Shown in pieces: positions 11,201 to 20,000 of a stretch of DNA of 20,000 bases. The notes under the pieces are model-generated. The model saw nothing but the letters and a program-made list of their open reading frames with translations, had not been told where the DNA came from and did not search any database. The translations under genes were made by a program, and so were the position numbers. Every line of letters starts with the position of its first letter. Within the stretch, counting starts at the first letter, position 1. Origin of the DNA: Halocafeteria seosinensis (lineage: Eukaryota); contig LVLI01000278.1 in NCBI GenBank assembly GCA_001687465.1, positions 179,645 to 199,644 of the forward strand, written 5' to 3'.

Positions 11201-14200
11201 TTCCACCTTTTGGGAGCTAAATGTAACAGGGATAATAGGAGTTGGCTCCTCTCCAGCAGCAATTTCGCCGTTCTGAATTGGTAGAGTAGCCCAGGAGCCT
11301 TGGTCATTGGACATCTCTGTACCGTTAGACGAGAAAAGACGAGCCAACCATAGGCTTCTGTATTGACCGCTGTTCCCAATCATGATCGAGCTACTGAGGG
11401 GCGGTTCGCTCGTGCTCCGATGCACCTCTATTGAGGAGGTGCCTAAGCCAATATTTGCCTGATAAATGCTCACAGTAATGCCAACAGACAGAGACGAATG
11501 CAGCTTCCCATTTTCAAATACCTCGGCCAATATATCGGACAGCGTTTCTCCAACTGGGGCTTTGCTCACATCAATCCGCAGCGTTTGCTGGTAACTCTTT
11601 GTTTGCCGAGCAACTCCATCTTTCGGCAACGAAATGAATTCCAGAACTCTTGTACTTGCACTCCATTTCCAGCTCTGGCCATTCGTAACTGTGAGTTCTA
11701 CGTCGGTCGAAACGGACTGAGCAAAGACAGTGCTCCTATTTCGAGATACACTCAATTGCTTTGGATCCACTTTAGGCAAGGAAAAGAAACTTTCAGACAG
11801 CGCAACGCTTATTTCCGTCGTAAATGAAAGAATTGACTCTTTAGTCGTTGCCACAGACACCGTTAAGGGTACGGCGATAGTCACATCGGCTAGCCTTCGC
11901 ATCCGGGCGGGGAATTCATCCGACTGGATTTCGTCCCAGTGTAGTCGAAATAGCTTTGTAGCGTTCTTATGGAAGAAAAAGTTTCCACGTAAACTCGCAT
12001 GGCGACAAGATGGAGTATTCTCTTCTTGACAAGATTCGTTCTTTGTTACTTGGGTAGAAAACCCTAAAGGAAGCCCAAGTTCTCCCAAGGAGAGGTCAGG
12101 ATTACAGGAGGAAAATACTGTAACTTCTTCATCAAATTTTAGATCTTTCTGACAGGAAATTTCGAATGTAGGAGTCTCATACTCAAAAGTTTGCCACCAA
12201 ATCTCAACCTCTGCCATCGGCGTCTGCAGGCCTGTTGCATCCATGTTCTCTGAGTCGATTCTGGCGTGAATAACTGGTGCAAAAATAACAGTAGCACAGT
12301 CACGCGTTGCAACGTCCCCGCATGAGGATACTACAGAGGAGTTACTTCCTACCACAATATTAGTGGGAGTTGGAGTCATTGTGGAATCTACTAGTGGTTT
12401 TCTCGGAGTAGCGCTGCTCGTCCTCGTGCTATCGACGAGACTGACCCGGCTAGGGCCAGCGCTGACAGAACCGTGTCGCTTACTAGAGCTTGTGGGGGGA
12501 GCTGTGGTAGTGAGACTGGACGTTCTGGAGCAGGTACAATTTGTACCGGTAGCAGTTTCTGACCGGGTAGTTGTCAAGGAGGCGGAAGCAGTCGTCGTGG
12601 AAGTGAGTGATGAGGATTCGCCGGTCAATGGGAAAACTGAAAAGCTTATGCTGGCTGTGAGGCTAGACGACATAGTCGAGGGGTTTGGACTAGCACTCAT
12701 CAGGTTCCCCGCCATAGAGCTCGTACCACCAGTGCTGTGAGCTGCTGAGCCACTGGTGATGGAAGAACTGGGCGCGATAGTGACAGAAGACGATACAGTG
12801 GCCAACGGGGGGCTCAAAACACTTGCGCTGACTGCGAGAGTCGATTTAGTCGATGCAAAACTTGGAGTAGCCGTTATTGAGCTGGCATGGGTAGCACTAG
12901 GTGTCACCAATGTGCTGGCCGTTGAAGAGCCGGAGGGATAAGATGTGGTGGTGCCGGGTGGCGAATCAGTCGATGTGGAAGTTGGAGCCGAACTGACAGT
13001 TCTGTTATGTACAGAGCTCGTGAAATTAGCGCTGCGTGTGACCGATGAGGTGGCCGTAGAAGAACCGGAGGAACTAGGTGTAGCAGTGACGGATGACGTT
13101 ATACTCTCCAACGCGGAGATTGAAATGCTTGCGGTGGCACTGAGACTCGACGACCCAGACCCACTGGACGTCGGTGACCTTGAACAGATGGTATAGGCAG
13201 TAGGACTAGAAGCCCCAGTCAACGTAAAACTTGGAGTGGGACTGCGACTCACTGTAATAGAGTTGGCACAACTAGCACTGTCTGTCGCCGAAGTGCGTGG
13301 TGTTGAACAGCCGGAGATACTAGGTGAAGTAGCGACAAATGACGATTCACTACTCCTCGGTGACCTTGAAATGCTTGAGCTGGCCGTGAAACTGGACGAC
13401 GCAGTCGACGAAAAACTTGGAGTGGGACTGCTACTAACTGTAACAGAGCTGGTACAACTAGCACGGTTTGTTGCCGAAGTGCTGGGTGTTGAAGAGCCGG
13501 AGGAACTACTGGTAGGTGTAGTAGCGACAGATGACGATTCACTGCTCCTCGGTGACCTTGAAACGCTTGAGTTGGCTGTGAAACTAGATGACGTTGTCGA
13601 CGTAAAACTTTGAGTAGCACTGCCACAAACTGAAATAGAGCTGGTGCAACTAGGACTGAGTGTCGCCGAAGTTCTGGGTGTTGAAGTGCCAGAGAAGCTA
13701 GGTGTAGCAGTGACAGATGATGATGCACTACTTGTCGGTGACCTTGAAATGCTTGAGCTGGACAAGAGACTAGACGACCCAGTCAACGTAAAACTTGGAG
13801 TGACACTGGCACTTGCTGTAATAGAGCTGGTATGACTAGCAGTACGTGTCGCCGACTTGCTGGCCGTTGAAGTGCCGGAGAAACTCGGTGTGGTAGTTAC
13901 GCTATAGGAGGGAGTCGGTGTGTTAGAGCTTGTAGCACTCATTGTGGCGGAGATGCTCGCAGTTGGCGACGGGCTCACTGTGACATTCAAGCAGAACATT
14001 TCGTTTGCACTTATTTTCACCTCTCTAAAGTGAGTCCCAGGGAAGCAAGGTTCGCTAGAGCCAGGGTTGCCACTCAAATATCTGCCATCACATGTAGAGC
14101 TGCTTAAAACAAGGCTACGTTATATCGAACATCAAATGTGAACTTACATCGTCACATTGGTATTCTCCAAGGAAAAAAGCAAGTCAGGGTCCAAAGATTC

Positions 14201-15815
14201 GATATGATTGTTGCGCAGGGAACTGTAAGTATTCCGCAATCTTGCAAATTGGTAGAAGAGCAGATGCCTCAGCTTACTTACAGGCTTAGAATACCCGGAT
14301 GCCTGCTGCCTGTTACTGTTCCCGCCTGAAAGTGCTCCAAAGAGTTGTCACTTATATCCCTGTACATGCACAAGAATCAAAGTGTGGTACAACATGAGGC
14401 TCACCAAGGCCACCCAGACTCACAGTTCTTTCAAGTTTCCCAGTTGGTTGAAAGAACTCATTGGTAGAGACCGAAAGAAGTTCCGACTTAGATTCCTGTT
14501 TCAGTACAAGTAACGGGATGAAACGGTGTTTCCAGCTGTTGCACACCAAGTAAGGGTGGCCATACAAGTTTTCAAGGTTTTCCAGAGGATCTAGACCTGC
14601 ACTTTCAATTATACTGAGTTCGTTGTTAGCTAAATCTCTGCACCCGTAACAGCTTAAGAACCGAATGGGTAGCGATTCATCTCTTTGAACAATATGAGTC
14701 CCGCTACCTACAGCTGTTTCAGAGCAGCCAACCCCGTGAAATAGTTACTCTCCACACGGGAAAAATTATTGCAGCTTAGATCCAACTTGATTAGAGTCCC
14801 TAACTCAGCAAATAGGTCGCTGTCTAAGTCCTCCAGGAAATTATGACCAAGGTTGCTGAAAACAAACCCAACACTTTGCTGGAAAGACATGTGCCTACAC
14901 ATCACAGTGGTGACATACATTGAAGTAATGCTTTCCAATATTTCGAATATCCTAGGAGGAAGGCTGCCAATTCTATTATTTTGCAAGAATCTGCATGATC
15001 CAATGATACAGTATACATATGCGTGAGTGGCAACCAGCAATGTACCGGGTGCCGCAAAACTTACAGCTTCTCGAGATCTTGATGACCACCATTACCAGTC
15101 AACCCCCTGCAAAGTTTTCTAGAAAGTGCTTCTGGCTCTATGTAACTAACTATGTTTGTGGTTCTGCTGTACACTTACGCCAATCCGCTGGTACCAGTGA
15201 ACATCTTTTCGTGCAAGCTCGAGATAGAGTTGTTACTCAGATCACTGAGGCACCTTCAAACAAAGAACATTGTCGAGGACGGCAAATTCCTTTGACTGCA
15301 TAGATCCAGTTTGCTTACAGTATAACGATATTCACCACTTCTTGAAATAGCGTTTCGGGAACGGCTGCAAGCGCATTTCCTTGTAGGTACCTGCAGGAAC
15401 CGTTTGTGTATTCCTCAGGGGCAACGGAAACTGCGGTTATGCTGAGGTCTTTTTACATTTCGGTAACAGAGCTTTTCCCACCAGCATCGTCGAACGTATC
15501 AGGGTCAGCTTCAGTGATGCCCATATACGAGAGGTCTCTGCAGTCACAGAGATAAATATCCCGTACGCTGGTCTCGCCACGGGACAACCAGTTCGTGGAA
15601 ACATACACGATACCTGTCGAGCTAAAATCGCAGCTTGCGCACGAAGTCAAGACACCATCACTACTAATATCACAACATTCAGAAGCATCCCCACTTGCCT
15701 GCAACCTCCAATAATGCATTCAACCCGAACCGGCAAAGCAGAGAATATCAGCCCTTACTTGGACTTGAAACAAGCACAGTGGCAGCAACACAAGCACTGC
15801 AAGGGAGCATTTCAT
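8213..15815 (-). CDS. LRR / mucin-stalk / Ig-like / Cys-repeat / ~9-TM receptor-like protein, paralogue B (~2263 aa, 13 exons)
   Basis: Exons: 15815-15759 (MKCSLAVLVLLPLCLFQVQ), 15698-15607, 15537-15457, 15390-15319, 15244-15179, 15106-15065, 14990-14919, 14855-14712, 14637-14566, 14495-14424, 14359-14282, 14222-14148, 14081-8213 (contains the 1954-aa ORF). Sum is 6792 nt = 2264 codons including stop. Introns are 59-74 nt GT-AG, with exon sizes and positions matching paralogue A. Confidence 0.92.
8478..9676 (-). other. Multi-pass (~9 helix) membrane domain of paralogue B
   Basis: About nine hydrophobic segments, with motifs IDYLQIVSLL, FGFP, YGNLIGGFR...YLWPTIVIVRKVLL and SPYRVQSLTSLE typical of the TM module in protist Cys-repeat modular proteins. 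Confidence 0.75.
9690..10205 (-). other. TNFR/ephrin-receptor-like (GCC2-GCC3) Cys-rich repeats and juxtamembrane Cys motif
   Basis: CLCVAGHY, CVPCSEGFYS, CKKCPVEYFS, CVSCPRQGAKC, QGFW, CTEGHHGVLCEQC, CVRC; the first part is conserved in paralogue A at 1-280. Confidence 0.8.
10230..10560 (-). other. Filamin/Ig-like beta-sandwich domain in paralogue B (equivalent at ~300-620 in paralogue A)
   Basis: Motifs VGEQLTLSVRLLDQFGN and VDVKINGSSIDNAP resemble the filamin-type repeat signature (vGe..tf.v...D.yGN ... v.v.vnG..i.gsP). Confidence 0.6.
13170..13930 (-). repeat. Coding tandem repeat, ~4 copies of a 186-192 nt (62-64 aa) Ser/Thr-rich unit in the stalk of paralogue B
   Basis: Anchor ggtgaccttgaa at 13173, 13359, 13551, 13737 (periods 186/192/186); the protein repeats SRSP.SS.SS.V..TP....STP.TSAT...SCTSS; outer boundaries approximate. 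Confidence 0.85.
14148..15537 (-). other. LRR solenoid region of paralogue B (~10 LRRs on phase-2 mini-exons)
   Basis: YLQGNALAAVPETLF, DLSNNSISSLHEKMF, FLQNNRIGSLPPRIF, NLGHNFLEDLDSDLF, DLANNELSIIESAGL, NLSRNFFRSLPMSSF; exons of 72 or 144 nt encode one or two 24-aa LRRs. Confidence 0.9.
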
Positions 15816-15920
15816 CTCGGAATGGCCAAACTGCTTTTCTCAAAATGTGACTCTCTATACAAGCCTTCTCCCGCCTCGACTGTAGTGTGCCGCGTATACA
15901 GAAGACCATGCGAGGCTTAG

Positions 15921-15939
15921 CTCTACTGGTACTTTAGCG
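15921..15939 (-). promoter_or_regulatory. Candidate upstream cis-element shared by both paralogues (copy B)
   Basis: ctctactggtactttagcg, ~106 nt upstream of the ATG; the surrounding upstream sequence is otherwise largely diverged. Confidence 0.4.
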
Positions 15940-16677
15940 ACAGAGTCCAGAGAGTACAGGTACTATAACGTTGTGCATGAATCCGAAGTACCGATTACAT
16001 GGTAAGATATCAGCCTCCCCTGTGGAAGCAATAAAAACAATACATTCCCATCATCTTCTCAACACCACGCGAAACATGGTCCGATCGGAGTTAACAGATG
16101 GATGGATGCTGTCTGTTTCAACACCGGCTCAAGCCGCTCAATCAAATACCACTGCGGTACTGTCTTTGTTGCCCTCCCACGTCAATGACAAGCGCGTATG
16201 ACGGTATGCAGCAAACGCTGAAACGACCGGCGGTTCTCCTTAACTGATTTGGGTTGGCCTGTTCTCGCGGGAAACAAGAAGAGCCAGTTGCGGACTGCCC
16301 TGTGATCGCAGGGTGCGACTGCGTGGGATCACTAGTGACGTCATCCACCGGCAGAGGCGGGAACTCTTGCCGCATTATGCCCGCATACAGTGGAATAATA
16401 GAAAGGATTCAATGTCTCAGCGGCATGTGTCTCTAGGTACATAGAAAACGAAACTGACTTAAAAGGCACTGGACCGTCGCTAAGCATGCCTGTTTGCTGT
16501 GAATGACCGACCAGTGACCAGCATGTAACAGCAGGCGTTGCTGCTTATAATTTACCTCAGGAAGGTCTATGGTTGTGTTGTGCGCACCGATCCAACTGAA
16601 AATTACATTAGTGGGGCTGCAACGTGTCTCTCTTCCAATGGAACGTAGCAGGGTACACAATTTGTTTGTGCAACTAT

Positions 16678-19236
16678 TTACAGGTATCGGGAGTTTGCCA
16701 ATTGTTCAATTCCTACGAGAATCGAACCAGTGAGCTGTTCTACCGAAGTATCACCTTGATACAATTCAGCATTCGCATCGTTCATTTCCCGTAAAAAGTC
16801 AGACGATATTTTGGCACTTTGGAGGATGCCAGTTACTTCTGGTTGCGCTTCAGTGGGAACGGAATACTGTGCGAACATACCAGCAGCCCAAGCAAACGTT
16901 GCAAGAGAGATCGGGTCAGCATGATTAGCTTCCATTATCTCACGAATGCGAGTAGCAGCCTTCTTGAAGAACATTCCTATTCTGGAAAGATCCAGTTCGT
17001 CAGTGCCATTTAGTTGCTCGACCTTCTTGCCCAGGTGACCGTGAGCATGGCTGAGTCGAATAATTGAGTACGCTATCTTTGCTATTTCGTGAGAGGAGAG
17101 CTGGTTTACGTTGAAGCTACCTCTTGAAGGCATGTACACCGCTAGTCTTCCCGCTTCTGGTAGATCTGTACAAGCTCGGGTTATTGCCATGTCGTAAAGG
17201 AGTGCCACAAGGTCAGAGTTACCAATTTCTGTTCGGCGAGAGGACAGCCGATGGATGCCTGGTTTCACCAAGTTTTCCAGGATTTTGTGGCGATTAACAC
17301 TCCTTTCCATTTCCAGCGATGCCTCTACAGAAGAAGCAGCAGCATGATTTGTCCTGAGTAAATGCTCGTCCTTTTCTCCGAGAGCCAGCGAACGGTGCCA
17401 TTTTACGATTTCAGGAGCGATACTGCGCCTGTGCACTTCACAGAGGCAAGAATGCATCGGATGCCAGAGATGGTCGTAAGAAGAGCGCATTTTCTTCTCC
17501 GGAGGCGAAAGAAGTAACAGTGACGTCCGTAACACTTTACTAAGCTCCGAGGCGTTCAAGTTCTTCAAGATTCGGCGATTAACAGACTTATAGAACTGCA
17601 AGGCCAGAATAGCCCTAGATGCTTGGTTAGGTGTTGCAATGTATGGCAATACGCCGTAGAACCTCGCGATATCAGACGTCGGCATGGACCGTAACTGGCT
17701 TGACACCTTACTACACAATTTTGAAGACAATTCCTCGTTACGGATTCCAGTTGCTTGAAATGCTTCTGCGGTCTCTGTCATGTCATGTCCATTGACAGGA
17801 ATAGGTCGTACGGGTTTATACTGACCTCTTCGTTTATGCGGTAGGTTTTGAGGCTGATGGGAGGAAATACCGGACGCTTCCGGGTCTAGGTGCCGAACGA
17901 GGGCTTTCGCCGTTTCTGTAAACATCCGTTCGATATGCAGGTCCCTTTTCAAGACAGAGGAATGCACGTCTGTTCGCTCTAACATAGCGCGGTAGGCTCT
18001 AGATACAGCCCGACACGCGTTAGCAATGTTCTGGGGCGTTGCATGCTTCGCTCGTTGTGGGTGTCCCATGTTCTTTGCTAGGACTGAGAACAAAGTGGCG
18101 TCGTACATTCCAACCTTATCATAAGCCCAAAGGGTATTAGCGATTCCTTGAGAAGTAAACCGATTTGATTGATCTATAATCGGGCGCATAAAACTCGAAA
18201 ACAACTCAAGGTCCATAATTTCTGCTTTTCCAAAGGAGTAAACGATGTTTGCCAACTGCTGAGGATTCAATTCATCGCGGTTCTGCTTCAGCTGTTGTGC
18301 TACTGTACCAAATAAGTCCCTATCTTGATGCCTCAAGGAGGCATAGCTAACTAAAATGTTTGTCAGTTCCACTGTGCTGTAATGTTGTATCCCGTCTTGG
18401 ATATGGGAAGAAAGTCTGTGACTAAGCATACACAAAAATAAGCAGACTGGTTGCCAGGCTTTTCTGGAAAGCGCGACCTACCTGTTTAACATGTCCCGGT
18501 GGTAATACCCAACCCGACTCATTCCATATAGCAGTTGCGCGACATCTCCATGATTAAATCTTCCAACTTGGGCCAGGCAGTTTGCAGCGATTCTGTCAAA
18601 AAGTTCTGGAGAATGGAAATTGAGTTTACCCACACCCCATGCAATGCCAGCAAGCGTTCGAGGAGCTAAAGCAGTTCTTGTGTGTACGAGCACCTCTTGC
18701 AAATCTTCTACAAAACTTTGAACTTGCGATAAGGACAATGCCTCTCTTTTCCACGGAGCTTTATCCAGATGCAGCTTGGCAATCTTCTGAAGACCGTGGC
18801 AGTAATTGACGAGATCAAATGCATCTTTTTCTGCTTCATACACCGCTAATACATCCGCCGGGTGTTTTGCTTTTGCGAGCATTCCATGTACATAGGTTTC
18901 CTCTGGCAAATACGGATGATCTGGACGATTCGACGGGTAGATGTTGTTCTTCCGCTGTCGTCCAATAGCCTTCCCCTGAGGCCATGTAATTGACGTCTCT
19001 TCGTGCTGCATCTTGTCCAGCTCCCGATGTTTCAAGTCTCGATTCCTCCTCCTTATTTTCTCTATTTCTTTCGCTTCGTTTTCATTCTGCTTCTGCTGTT
19101 CCGTGGTGACCACCGTCGTGGTAAAAGCGCGTGGCACTGGCAAAGCCCGGGTCGGCATTAAAGAGCTTGCTATAGGCCTCATCCGAAGGCAGTTCCTGTC
19201 TCGAGGCCGCTGGAGCAGGACCCTGTAGTGGCGCAT
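16678..19236 (-). CDS. Helical 37-aa repeat (heptatricopeptide/FASTK-like) putative organellar RNA-binding protein, ~830 aa, 2 exons
   Basis: Exon 1 is 19236-18482, intron 18481-18416 (GTAGGT...CACAG, 66 nt, phase 2), exon 2 is 18415-16678; this joins the 252-aa and 585-aa ORFs. Four consecutive exact 37-aa units start PRTLAGIAWGVGKL, HGDVAQLLYGMSRV, TVELTNILVSYASL and PQQLANIVYSFGKA, followed by SQGIANTLWAYDKV and PQNIANAC. The N-terminus is Arg-rich and acid-poor. Confidence 0.85.
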
Positions 19237-19722
19237 TTTTCAGTCCACTTGAAACCACAAGCTCTACTCCACCAGATAAGATAAATTTATGCTAGTACCA
19301 TGGACAAATCCAACTAAATACTCTTAATAACGAAGGGGAGACGAGAACAAATGTGATTTGTGAGCTTCACATCAGAGTCACTTTCGGCTCGGAGCGCATT
19401 GATATCACTTGACATGTATATTATTCGTACAAATAGATAATCCGATCGTAAACTCTAGAAGAAGCCCCCTGTTCATTATCAACTTTTATACACTTCCTTG
19501 GAAGTCTTGCACGAAACTGTTCCGACGGTTTAAACACATCTCTGTAACACGTTTTCTGGTACAACCCATACATTGGAGCAGCGCTTCAATGTCTGATTGA
19601 CTCGTAGTCTGTGCGCCGCAGGCGAAAAATTTTTGCCCTGTCCTCGTAGTCTCAGCATACTCCGTCGACACTGTAAGGAAAGCACTCTACTCTTAAGCAC
19701 TAACTACTGCTGTCCCACTTGG

Positions 19723-19883
19723 GAGTCCGTACTCTCACGAAGTGTGTACCGTTGTTCACCTGTGAGTCCCTACTCTCACGAAGTGTGCGCCGTTGTTCAC
19801 CTGTGAGTCCCTACTCTCACAAGGTATGCACCATTTATCACCTGTGAGTCCCTAATCTCAAGAAGTGCGTGCCGCTGAGTCCC
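19723..19883. repeat. 41-bp minisatellite, ~3.8 copies
   Basis: Unit gagtccctactctcacgaagtgtgcgccgttgttcacctgt starts at 19723, 19764, 19805 and 19846 (shortened), with a partial copy at 19877. Confidence 0.9.
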
Positions 19884-20000
19884 GATTGCTAAAGTTGCCT
19901 GCTTCAGGCTGCTTGGGAGTCTTCGTAGTAGTTCTAGAGGACCGCTAAAATAGTACCGCAGCGGAAAATGTTCTCGATGAAGTTTGGACACCCTTTCCAC

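Noticed and set aside
16142..16660. Small ORFs between the HPR gene and paralogue B
   Set aside because: No recognisable motifs and no coherent splice structure.
19723..19883. CRISPR array (hairpin-containing repeat with variable intervals)
   Set aside because: The intervening segments are homologous to each other rather than unique spacers; no cas genes; intron-rich eukaryotic context.
19797..20000. 67-aa minus-strand ORF at the window edge
   Set aside because: It runs into the 41-bp (non-triplet) minisatellite and has no recognisable features; it cannot be excluded as the end of an upstream gene but is unsupported here.

Overview
Eukaryotic (probably protist) genomic DNA with short GT-AG introns (59-89 nt). 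It holds three minus-strand genes that the ORF track only shows in fragments. Two are tandem paralogues of a giant cell-surface receptor-like protein: signal peptide, Cys N-cap, LRR solenoid, LRR C-cap, Ser/Thr mucin-like stalk, Cys-containing and Ig/filamin-like beta domains, TNFR/GCC2-GCC3-type Cys repeats, and a ~9-TM module resembling that of CRMP-type proteins. Copy B (15815->8213) is complete at 13 exons and ~2263 aa; copy A (7296-><1) has 15 exons and runs off the window. The LRRs sit on symmetrical phase-2 mini-exons. Copy A has gained three LRRs through a traceable two-exon duplication with a chimeric intron, and the two stalks expanded independently using different repeat units. The third gene (19236->16678, one intron, ~830 aa) encodes a 37-aa helical-repeat (HPR/FASTK-like) protein with a mitochondrial-type presequence. 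A 41-bp minisatellite lies at the right end. Exon structures were derived by hand from splice signals, frame and paralogue alignment; family names come from motif recognition, not database searches.
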